Of a stretch of 64,000 nt of DNA, positions 51,503-59,706 are shown piece by piece; the stretch's first letter is position 1, and each line of letters opens with the position of its first letter. The DNA is from Candidatus Nomurabacteria bacterium (lineage in GTDB: Bacteria; Patescibacteriota; Minisyncoccia; Phycocordibacterales; UBA9973). A program made the translations under genes and the position numbers. The stretch spans positions 639,916 through 703,915 of the forward strand of contig CP064973.1 in NCBI GenBank assembly GCA_016699365.1. The letters are read 5' to 3'. The notes beneath the pieces were generated by a model. It saw only the letters and a list, made by a program, of their open reading frames with translations. It ran no database searches and was not told the DNA's origin.

Positions 51503-51697
51503 TTATTTTAACCTTTCCTTGGCGTCAGATCGACCCTTCTCGAGAGTAGCTTTCTTTGTATACAAATGAGGGTTTTGCTTCCTATCTTGATCTAGTAACC
51601 ATCGAAATACTGCGACCACTCTATCACTTTCTTCTTTAGTCCAATTTTTAGGATTTCTTTTATCTTCTTGGTTCATAAAAAGTGACAAAAGTGACAC
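51503..51697 (-). CDS. hypothetical protein (64 aa)
   Basis: ORF track. Last gene of the minus-strand operon. Confidence 0.3.
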   Translation of the reverse strand: MSLLSLFMNQEDKRNPKNWTKEESDRVVAVFRWLLDQDRKQNPHLYTKKATLEKGRSDAKERLK

Positions 51698-51740
51698 AGG
51701 TTCGACTATAAAAGTTACAGATTACTGTAACTTTTATAGT

Positions 51741-52283
51741 CTACAAACCCCAAGAATCATGAGCTTCTTTTGTGTAATGATTTAAAGTTGTTTTTGGGTG
51801 ATTATTCATATCAAATTGAGAGATTGCATCTGCTATCGGTTCCTTTTTAAAAGGGATATGAATAATTCCAACCTGCCTGTTGCTTATTGCTTTAGATAAT
51901 TCAGCAGGCCATAGATGCGAAAGAGCTGATGGATCCATAATTCTGTTGTATCCAGTGTAAGTAACTATAATTGGGATTTTGCAAGTTTCGACAGCGTACT
52001 TAATTTCAAAAGGAACCCAGTCAGTATCCAGTTTTGTAGTTTGACCAATAATCAAAAGTAAATGTTTTGAATTATTCATTCTTGCTATCAATGCTCGACG
52101 TAGAGTTTCCTTTCTACTTGAATCTCTAACAGCTCCTGTCTTTTCATGACTATTAGCAAAGCTAAAGTCATCATCTCTTACTCTCCAACCTTTCAGTAAA
52201 CTGTAGTACTTCATATCTGAAGCGGTTGGGTTTGTTTCTCCGTCTGCATGAAAAGCTATGTATGTTCCACTTCTGTATGCCAT
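51741..52283 (-). CDS. TIR-like domain protein (ThsB-like, DUF1863-type), paralogue 1
   Basis: YIAFHADGE..., ...SKHLLLIIGQTTKLDTDWVPFEIKYAVETCKIPIIV matches the ThsB pattern (memory of B. cereus ThsB). Confidence 0.65.
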   Translation of the reverse strand: MAYRSGTYIAFHADGETNPTASDMKYYSLLKGWRVRDDDFSFANSHEKTGAVRDSSRKETLRRALIARMNNSKHLLLIIGQTTKLDTDWVPFEIKYAVETCKIPIIVTYTGYNRIMDPSALSHLWPAELSKAISNRQVGIIHIPFKKEPIADAISQFDMNNHPKTTLNHYTKEAHDSWGL

Positions 52284-52286
52284 AAA

Positions 52287-53129
52287 TTAATTATGTAAAG
52301 ACTTTAAAAAATCTTGAATTTCTAATAAATTAACCTTTTCTTTATCTTCTTCTCGTATTATCAAAACCAGTTCCTTTGAAATTGTCTCAACTCTTGAGTT
52401 AATGATAAATGACAAAAGAATTAGATTGATTGGTAGCTTAAATGAAATACCAGGAACTCTTGCTAGGTTTGTACCCATAACAGGCATAACGATAGTTTTT
52501 TGCTCTCCTTCAATTCTGATCTTAGTCCAAAGGTTTTGAAGCGATACCCATAGGCTATTTATATCCGAGGTGGCTTTTAGATCAGATCCCATTCGGCTAT
52601 AAGCACAGCAAAAAAACTTCCTATTCGGTGTTGAGAGTGCTACTACTGTGCCAATTTTATATCTCTTATTTTTACCTCGAGTTTTCTCTGTGTCTTCTTC
52701 TGATTCTTCATTTTGTAATAATGTATCAAGATCAGTATCAAGTTTGTTTTGATTATTTTCATACATTGAAACTAAAAACTGACCTTGCATACTATCCTTA
52801 CTTACAACATCACCTATCTCTGTATCAAAAGTATCACTGAACCCAATCACAAGATGTCCAGATTGGTCGAATATATTACCAACCTTTATACCGATTTTTA
52901 CATCAGGATTTGAAAATGATTCAGAAAAACTAGTTTGTGGCCATGCTCTAAAGAGAGCAATAATCGCAGATATAATGATCACTGAAACCCACCCTTTCCA
53001 TCCATAACTAGGAAGATTTGTATAACTAAAAGTAACTACCTGAATGATCCCACTAATCACACCAACTGACACAAGAAAGTTCGTACCAAATTTACGAAAC
53101 ATTCTTCTTGAAAGAATAGAATTTATCAT
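52287..53129 (-). CDS. 2TM + Macro-domain protein (ThsA-like effector of type II Thoeris)
   Basis: Two N-terminal TM helices. The C-terminal motif order fits a Macro fold (IGIKVGNIF...HLVIGFSDTF...GDVV; KIGTVVALSTPN...KFFCCAY; TIVMPVMGTNLARVP). Confidence 0.55.
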   Translation of the reverse strand: MINSILSRRMFRKFGTNFLVSVGVISGIIQVVTFSYTNLPSYGWKGWVSVIIISAIIALFRAWPQTSFSESFSNPDVKIGIKVGNIFDQSGHLVIGFSDTFDTEIGDVVSKDSMQGQFLVSMYENNQNKLDTDLDTLLQNEESEEDTEKTRGKNKRYKIGTVVALSTPNRKFFCCAYSRMGSDLKATSDINSLWVSLQNLWTKIRIEGEQKTIVMPVMGTNLARVPGISFKLPINLILLSFIINSRVETISKELVLIIREEDKEKVNLLEIQDFLKSLHN

Positions 53130-53638
53130 AAGCCGAGTTGTTGATACACAGAATCAGTATATGTATATCGATGATCTTGATAATCTATATGATTCTTCCA
53201 TTTATGATAATTATCTGGAAAATGATCTAAGGCATACTGAATCGCCTTTAATTTAAAAGGTACTGAAATAGTATATTTCCAGTCTTTAATGGCAGAAGGA
53301 CAAAGGTTATCATCGTAACCTTTTTTATTATTTAAATTAACAATTACTATCGGTATGTCTTTTTTTCTTGCCAACTCAATTTCCCATGGTAAAAATTTTC
53401 TCAGATACTTAGTATTATCTCCGACCAATAAAAGCATTTGTTTAGAGTTTGCCATTCGTACTCTAAGTTGAGCTTTTATTGATTCTTCGGTGCTTGTATC
53501 CCTCGCACTATTTAGGTCATGAGCATTTAAAAAATCAAATTCAATATGATCATGTTCTTTCCATGCAGTCATTAAGCGATAATATTTCATATTGTTATCT
53601 CCATCGAAAGCAACATAAGTTTTATTCTTGTAGGACAT
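53126..53638 (-). CDS. TIR-like domain protein (ThsB-like), paralogue 2
   Basis: YVAFDGDNN..., ...SKQMLLLVGDNTKYLRKFLPWEIELARKKDIPIVIV. Confidence 0.65.
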   Translation of the reverse strand: MSYKNKTYVAFDGDNNMKYYRLMTAWKEHDHIEFDFLNAHDLNSARDTSTEESIKAQLRVRMANSKQMLLLVGDNTKYLRKFLPWEIELARKKDIPIVIVNLNNKKGYDDNLCPSAIKDWKYTISVPFKLKAIQYALDHFPDNYHKWKNHIDYQDHRYTYTDSVYQQLGL

Positions 53639-53643
53639 ATTGT

Positions 53644-53874
53644 TTATCCACGAGGTGGAAATGGGTCATTTCCATAGCTGTTACGCTCTTGGATCTTTCC
53701 GTCTTTACCATGAATAAAATGTTCAACCTTTGATTTTTCGGCAACTTTTTCAGCTCTATCAAGAGCATTATTTTTTGTATGATGTGAAGAGACAGGAGTT
53801 GATGATCCCTCTTTTTTATTTTCCCACATACTACGATCCGAATTGTATACCGTGTGTATATTTTTGTTAGCCAT
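53644..53874 (-). CDS. DUF2188-like small protein
   Basis: 76 aa, pattern HTVYNSDRSMWENKKEGS...EHFIHGKDGKIQERNSYGNDPFPP (memory). Confidence 0.45.
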   Translation of the reverse strand: MANKNIHTVYNSDRSMWENKKEGSSTPVSSHHTKNNALDRAEKVAEKSKVEHFIHGKDGKIQERNSYGNDPFPPRG

Positions 53875-53885
53875 ATATTTATAAA

Positions 53886-54572
53886 TTAACTTTTAATAAT
53901 TCCGACAACCTTTCCACTTAACTGGAAATCATCACCCTCATGAATAAATATCGGGAGATATTTATCAGTTGAATCCGCTTCAAGAACGATACGATTGTTT
54001 GCTTTGTCATTTTTGTATCTCTTGATAGTTGCCATTCCGTCTATAACAGCGACAACGATATCTCCGTTCTTGTAGTTTTTATACCCACTATCTACCAAAA
54101 CGAAATCTCCGCTCTCTATAGTATTCTTGTCATCTACTTTTGCGAGATTCATACTGTTACCGTCTGCGATAACAGAGTAGAGATCTTTCTTGTTGTATGG
54201 CAACATAGAAGATGAAACCTTGAGATACTGCTGAATATTTTGTTCGGCAAATATAGTTGCAGGACCACAGTTTGCAGATCCAACAACAGGGAGTGAGAAC
54301 ACTATATTGACGGTTGATTTCACAAGACCTCGCTTTACAGGCTTTATAACCCCTTGTTCAAGGTTCATCTGAATCATTCCAGCCTTTTCAAGCTGTAATA
54401 AGTGATATTTCACTATCTGCGGTTTGTCAGGCACGCCAATTTTATCGGCTATTGTTCTAAGGCTGTATGATCCAATGTTGTTCGGATCACTATCTATGAG
54501 AGCTAAAAGCTGTTTCTGTTTGTTGTGCATACACTCATTATAGCATACTTTTAAACCTGCAACAATATCCAT
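53886..54572 (-). CDS. LexA/CI-like repressor (N-terminal wHTH + S24 peptidase)
   Basis: Ser nucleophile in GNSM and Lys in KRYK of the S24 autopeptidase domain. The wHTH is LRTIADKIGV. Confidence 0.75.
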   Translation of the reverse strand: MDIVAGLKVCYNECMHNKQKQLLALIDSDPNNIGSYSLRTIADKIGVPDKPQIVKYHLLQLEKAGMIQMNLEQGVIKPVKRGLVKSTVNIVFSLPVVGSANCGPATIFAEQNIQQYLKVSSSMLPYNKKDLYSVIADGNSMNLAKVDDKNTIESGDFVLVDSGYKNYKNGDIVVAVIDGMATIKRYKNDKANNRIVLEADSTDKYLPIFIHEGDDFQLSGKVVGIIKS

Positions 54573-54605
54573 TTGACAGTTTTAACACCCTTTTGGTATA
54601 CTTTC
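54573..54605 (+). promoter_or_regulatory. sigma70-like promoter (TTGACA-18-TATACT) giving a leaderless transcript at ATG 54609; divergent from the repressor gene
   Basis: Read directly. Confidence 0.4.
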
Positions 54606-54608
54606 CCT

Positions 54609-55028
54609 ATGGAGCAAAGTTTGCAATTAAATCGAGTAGCACAGCTTCCAAAGAAAGGTGAAAAAGTCATCGTTCTTCAGCTTACCGACATTCAATTGCA
54701 CTCTAATGCAAGACCTACCCAATCGGTTGGTGGTGCAATACGACGCTCCATAGAAAATAATAAGCCTGGTCGTATCTTTTCTTCTCTTGAGAAGAAGCAA
54801 GAATCGAGTGTTGATCAAAATTCAATAGAGTTCACAATGCCGTTTGCAATGAACGATCCTGTTCTAAGACAAACAATCCATGATTACCAACAACAAGGTT
54901 ATCGTGTGTTGATTCAAATGCCGAAGTCAGGATTACCAATTCATCTTGGCAAGGATGCTGTCGAATTTATGAACAGTACTCGAGGAAAGCGAATCTTGAG
55001 GAAGATAAAGAAAGACAAAGGAAATTAA
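54609..55028 (+). CDS. hypothetical protein (139 aa; first gene of the rightward operon)
   Basis: ORF track, start reset to MEQSLQL. Confidence 0.4.
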   Translation: MEQSLQLNRVAQLPKKGEKVIVLQLTDIQLHSNARPTQSVGGAIRRSIENNKPGRIFSSLEKKQESSVDQNSIEFTMPFAMNDPVLRQTIHDYQQQGYRVLIQMPKSGLPIHLGKDAVEFMNSTRGKRILRKIKKDKGN

Positions 55029-55187
55029 ATAAATACGCGTCGTAAAAGCGAATAGTGCAACGCCACAAGCCATGCCTATTCCGCGCAAGAAGTAGTTTGA
55101 GGTTTTTCGGACCTCTACTTATTTCGTGTGTGGAATAGGCTTTTTCTATATCCATACATTTTATTAAAGATTAATTAATAAAATGCT

Positions 55188-56462
55188 ATGAAAAAACTTT
55201 CATGGACTACAGGAGTTCGAGAGGTCAAAGACCTACTCCCTTGGCAAGAAAACCCAAGAAAAATCTCAAAGGTTGCGTTAGATAAATTAAAGAAGAAGAT
55301 CGTACAAAACGGCTTCCACAGTGTGATAGTGATTGATACTGACAATACGATTCTGTCAGGCAACCAAAGAAAGACCGCTCTCACAGAACTTGATATCAGC
55401 ACCGTAGATGTGATGATCCCTAGTCGTAAGCTAAGTGATGCGGAACGAAGAAGGATCGGTATTGAAAGCAATATCAATGACGGCGAATGGGATTTTGAGA
55501 AATTGAAGTCATTTGATTTGGAACTGCTCCAATTTGCAGGATTCGATGAAAAAGAATTAGTGAAGTTTTGGGACGAAGAAAAAGACACTAAAGACGACAA
55601 GTTCGATGTAGACAAGGAGCTTAAGAAAATTAAAACACCTCAAACAAAGTTGGGTGATCTTATTGTCATGGGCAATCATAAGTTGCTTTGCTCAAGCTCG
55701 ACCGATATCACTGCGGTTAAAAAACTGTTCGGAGATGATAGAGCTACTGCTATCTACAGTGATCCACCTTTTAATATCGGGCTTTCCTATGACAAAGGTG
55801 TCGGCAATAAATCCAACTACGGAGGGACATTTGATGATAATCAGTCGCCTGAAGCGTACAAGGAATTTATACGCCAAGTTCTTACGTCATCACTCGCCAT
55901 ATCAACCAAAGATACTCATGTCGCATTTTGGTGTGATGAAGCGTGGGTGTGGGTTTTTCAAACCCTGTATATGGAACTAGGCGTAAAGAACCGAAGACTG
56001 AACATTTGGATCAAGAACAACTCTTCGCCTATACCAACCGTCGCATTTAACAAGTGTGCGGAGTATTGCGTGTATGGGACAAAAGGGTCGCCTTACTTGT
56101 CTGATCTAATCAAAAATCTTAATGAGATTCAAAACAAGGATTGTACTACTGGCAATCAACTTCTTGAAGATATCTCTAATATCTGGGCAACCAAGCGACT
56201 ACCATCGAACCAAATGGAACACCCTACAAGCAAAAATCCTGAACTACACCACAAGTTCATCATGCGATGCACGAAGCCAGGAGACATAATCTTTGACGCT
56301 TTTTCTGGTTCTGCCAGCACCATGATTTGTGCGGAACAATTGGATCGCAAGGTGTACTCTCTTGAAATTGAACCCGTGTTCTGCGACTTGGCAATTCGCA
56401 GATACGAAAAACTGACTGGTCGCAAAGCAAAAGTAATCAAGAACTTCTATGAAAAAGAATAA
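55188..56462 (+). CDS. ParB-like nuclease domain fused to DPPF-type (N6-adenine/N4-cytosine) DNA methyltransferase
   Basis: ParB-N region (VIVIDTDNTILSGNQR). MTase motif IV IYSDPPFN and motif I FDAFSGSAST. Confidence 0.7.
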   Translation: MKKLSWTTGVREVKDLLPWQENPRKISKVALDKLKKKIVQNGFHSVIVIDTDNTILSGNQRKTALTELDISTVDVMIPSRKLSDAERRRIGIESNINDGEWDFEKLKSFDLELLQFAGFDEKELVKFWDEEKDTKDDKFDVDKELKKIKTPQTKLGDLIVMGNHKLLCSSSTDITAVKKLFGDDRATAIYSDPPFNIGLSYDKGVGNKSNYGGTFDDNQSPEAYKEFIRQVLTSSLAISTKDTHVAFWCDEAWVWVFQTLYMELGVKNRRLNIWIKNNSSPIPTVAFNKCAEYCVYGTKGSPYLSDLIKNLNEIQNKDCTTGNQLLEDISNIWATKRLPSNQMEHPTSKNPELHHKFIMRCTKPGDIIFDAFSGSASTMICAEQLDRKVYSLEIEPVFCDLAIRRYEKLTGRKAKVIKNFYEKE

Positions 56463-56787
56463 ATTTCAAGATCAGTTCCTTGATGAACTGCGAAAAGTAC
56501 CGATTGTTCAAGTGGCTTGTGAGAAGACAGGATTATCTCGCAATAGTATTTATCGTTGGAGAAAAGATGATAAAGAATTTCTCAAGAAAATGGATGATGC
56601 CCTTGCCGAGGGTGTCGCATTGGTAAACGACATGAGTGAAAGCCAACTACTCACACTCATTAAGGAGAAGAATTATCCTGCAATTAGCTTCTGGCTTAAA
56701 CACCGCAATGATAACTATAAAAATAAGCTAGAGATCACTACTAAAGAAGATTCCGAACAGCTTACACCGTCACAGCAAAAATCGTGA
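56449..56787 (+). CDS. HTH-domain protein, possible terminase small subunit
   Basis: N-terminal HTH CEKTGLSRNSIYRWRK. Position immediately upstream of TerL. Confidence 0.4.
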   Translation: MKKNKFQDQFLDELRKVPIVQVACEKTGLSRNSIYRWRKDDKEFLKKMDDALAEGVALVNDMSESQLLTLIKEKNYPAISFWLKHRNDNYKNKLEITTKEDSEQLTPSQQKS

Positions 56788-56802
56788 AGCAGGCACTTAA
56801 AC

Positions 56803-58353
56803 TTGCCAACATCACAAAGTCGAAATCAATTAAAAACATTAATTCTAAAAAGCACCATGACTAAAATAATTCCAAATGCATTGGTGAATACCATGCTCAA
56901 AGATCGTTCTGTTCGTACCTCTATTACCAAAGACAGTTTTCTGTATTTCTTCCACTTCTACTACGCCCACTATGTGAAATACGAAACTGCTGACTTTCAA
57001 AAAGAGATTATTCATAATCTTGAAAAAAGCTCGACAGAGAATATGTACGTTGTCGCATTCCGTGGATCAGGAAAATCTACTCTGGTAACAACTGCATATC
57101 CTATCTGGGCAATACTTGGAAAACAGCAAAAGAAGTTCTGTATTATCTTTTGCCAAACTCGTGCACAAGCAAAACAGCACATGATGAATATCCGTACTGA
57201 GCTTGAGGGTAACGATGTTCTTAAAAAGGATCTTGGACCATTCCAAGAAGAAAGTGATGAGTGGGGTTCGTTCTCATTAGTATTCAAAAAGCACGGAGCA
57301 AGAATCACCGTAGCTTCTGCCGAGCAAAGTATCCGTGGTATTCGCCACAACGAACACCGTCCAGACTTAATAATCTGTGATGACGTTGAGGACGTGCAAT
57401 CTACCAAAAACCGTGAGGGACGAGACAAAACATATCACTGGCTTCGAGGTGAAGTTATCCCTGCTGGCGATAGAAACACTCGACTAATTATTGTTGGAAA
57501 CTTACTCCACGAAGATTCACTCTTGATGCGTATTAAAGACGAAATTGCCAAAGGTAAAGCAAAAGGAATATTCAAAGAGTACCCACTGATAGATAATCAC
57601 GGCGTGTGCTTATGGTCAGGTAAATACAAAAGCGAGAAAGACCTTGAGGATGAAAAGTTGAAGGTTTCTAGCGATATATCATGGCAACGAGAATACCTGT
57701 TACGCATTATTCCAGACGATGATCAAGTTATTTATCCTGAATGGATCAACTACTATGACGAATTGCCTGGCGAAAAGCACCGAGGATATCGAGGTACTTA
57801 TGCAGGTGTCGATCTTGCGATTTCAGCTTCAGAAACTGCCGATGATACTGCTGTTGTATTTGCTCATATATATTCACGCCGTGAGAAAATGCGAATATAC
57901 ATATTGCCTAACCCTATCGCAAAGAAACTTAACTTTCCTGCACAAGTAGATCTCATGAAAGATATTCGTAGCACCATGCTCATAAAAAGTACCGATGAAC
58001 TGTTTGTGGAAAGCGTAGCGTATCAGGAAGCACTACCGCAAATGCTTGAACACCAAGGTGTTAAGGCGACAGCAATCAAACCTAAAGGAGACAAACGAAC
58101 TCGACTTGCCCTAACTTCGACTGCAATAAAATCATCAAAGATATTATTCCCAAGACAAGGATGCGAGAGACTTATTGAGCAACTTGTAGGGTTTGGAGTA
58201 GAAAAGCATGATGACCTTGCCGATGCATTTTCGTTGCTGATAAACTCAACTATGGATAAGCATGCCAAAGATTCAACATGGCTTATGTACTGGATGGGAG
58301 ATGAAGAACCTTTGTACTATAGAGATTATGTTGATATGGACATAAAAAAGTAG
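56803..58353 (+). CDS. phage terminase large subunit
   Basis: Walker A FRGSGKST, Walker B LIICDD. C-terminal RNaseH-like nuclease (GVDLAISASETADDTAVVFA). Confidence 0.7.
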   Translation: MPTSQSRNQLKTLILKSTMTKIIPNALVNTMLKDRSVRTSITKDSFLYFFHFYYAHYVKYETADFQKEIIHNLEKSSTENMYVVAFRGSGKSTLVTTAYPIWAILGKQQKKFCIIFCQTRAQAKQHMMNIRTELEGNDVLKKDLGPFQEESDEWGSFSLVFKKHGARITVASAEQSIRGIRHNEHRPDLIICDDVEDVQSTKNREGRDKTYHWLRGEVIPAGDRNTRLIIVGNLLHEDSLLMRIKDEIAKGKAKGIFKEYPLIDNHGVCLWSGKYKSEKDLEDEKLKVSSDISWQREYLLRIIPDDDQVIYPEWINYYDELPGEKHRGYRGTYAGVDLAISASETADDTAVVFAHIYSRREKMRIYILPNPIAKKLNFPAQVDLMKDIRSTMLIKSTDELFVESVAYQEALPQMLEHQGVKATAIKPKGDKRTRLALTSTAIKSSKILFPRQGCERLIEQLVGFGVEKHDDLADAFSLLINSTMDKHAKDSTWLMYWMGDEEPLYYRDYVDMDIKK

Positions 58354-58425
58354 TCGCGAGTATGCGACGTATCTCTAGTTCTGCATAGACTATGCACCAC
58401 CAACTGGTCTGTCATTAATTAATAT

Positions 58426-59706
58426 ATGACAGAAGTCGAACAAAGCCAGATGAAATATTGCTTGTACGCTCGTAAATCAACCGAAGCAGAAGAAAAGCAA
58501 GCCCTTTCTATTGATTCCCAAATCAAGGAAATGAAGCAGATTGCCGAGCGAGAAAATCTAACCATAGTTGAGATCCGTAAGGAATCTCACTCTGCAAAAG
58601 AATCTGGACAAAGACCAGTATTTGAGGAGATCGTAAAAGATATTGATACGGGGATATTCAACGGAATCATTACATGGGCACCTGATAGATTATCTCGTAA
58701 TGCAGGTGATCTTGGAAAACTTGTAGATAGAATGGATCAAAGGAAACTGATTCAGATCAAAACTTTTGGTCAGACTTTTTCCAATTCACCAAGTGATAAG
58801 TTCTTGTTGATGATCCTTTGTAGTCAGGCAAAACTCGAAAATGATAACAAGAGTATTAATGTAAAGCGTGGTATGAGAGCTAGATGTGAAATGGGTTTAT
58901 GGCCAGTACAACCACCAACAGGATACAGAAAGCCTAATCAACGACTAGCTAAGTGTGAGGTAGAAATCGATCCAGAACGATCTGATACCATACGACAAAT
59001 ATTCGAGAAGATTAGTTATGAAAAATGGAGCGTATCGAAAGTACACGCATGGCTACGATACGATCTTGATTTCAAAACCCATAGAGGTTTTCATCTAAGT
59101 TTAGGAAATGTATTCAAAATTATAAATAATACTTTCTACTATGGTCGCTTTGAGTTCCCACAAGGATCAGGTGTTTGGTATGAGGGAAAGCATAAACCCA
59201 TTATCACTAAAGAGTTGTTTGATGAGACCAGAAATTCTATCAAGTCGCAGACGATAAAATCACAAGGTAAGGAGTTCGCCTTTACGCGAATTATGAAATG
59301 TGGAGCTTGCGGATCAGGTATTACTGCCGATGAAAAATTCAAGAAGTTATTGAATGGTGGAGTTAACCGACATGTATATTATCGATGCACAAAAGCCAAA
59401 GACAGGAATTGTAAAAATCCTGCATTAAACGAAACTGAGCTTATCGAATCACTACTCGATATGGTTGATACCTTGAACATAAACAAGGTAAAACTCACCG
59501 CAAAGCTTGATATTGAAATTCAAAAGTTTAAGAAATTGCAGGCAATGTTCTTAGGAAAGAAAAAGACAGAAAAAATAGAACCGATTGATCTCAAGGACTA
59601 CACAAAATTTGTACTAAAAGAGGGATCTCCACTAGAGCAGAGATCCATCTTGGAATGTATCAGTAGTGAGTTGGTTTTGAAGAATAAAATAATAAAAATT
59701 ACTTAA
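58426..59706 (+). CDS. large serine recombinase (integrase)
   Basis: N-terminal catalytic YARKSTEAEEKQ...SIDSQ, recombinase domain, zinc-ribbon CGACGSG...YYRCTKAKDRNC, C-terminal coiled coil. Confidence 0.8.
   Translation: MTEVEQSQMKYCLYARKSTEAEEKQALSIDSQIKEMKQIAERENLTIVEIRKESHSAKESGQRPVFEEIVKDIDTGIFNGIITWAPDRLSRNAGDLGKLVDRMDQRKLIQIKTFGQTFSNSPSDKFLLMILCSQAKLENDNKSINVKRGMRARCEMGLWPVQPPTGYRKPNQRLAKCEVEIDPERSDTIRQIFEKISYEKWSVSKVHAWLRYDLDFKTHRGFHLSLGNVFKIINNTFYYGRFEFPQGSGVWYEGKHKPIITKELFDETRNSIKSQTIKSQGKEFAFTRIMKCGACGSGITADEKFKKLLNGGVNRHVYYRCTKAKDRNCKNPALNETELIESLLDMVDTLNINKVKLTAKLDIEIQKFKKLQAMFLGKKKTEKIEPIDLKDYTKFVLKEGSPLEQRSILECISSELVLKNKIIKIT

Larger units (their letters stand above)
51000..59706. 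mobile_element. putative integrative satellite/prophage-remnant-like element (repressor, ParB-MTase, TerS, TerL, large serine recombinase; Thoeris-like cargo); boundaries approximate
   Basis: Gene content as listed. No capsid or tail genes in the window. Repeat-rich left edge at 51061-51460. The integrase lies at the right edge. Confidence 0.45.
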
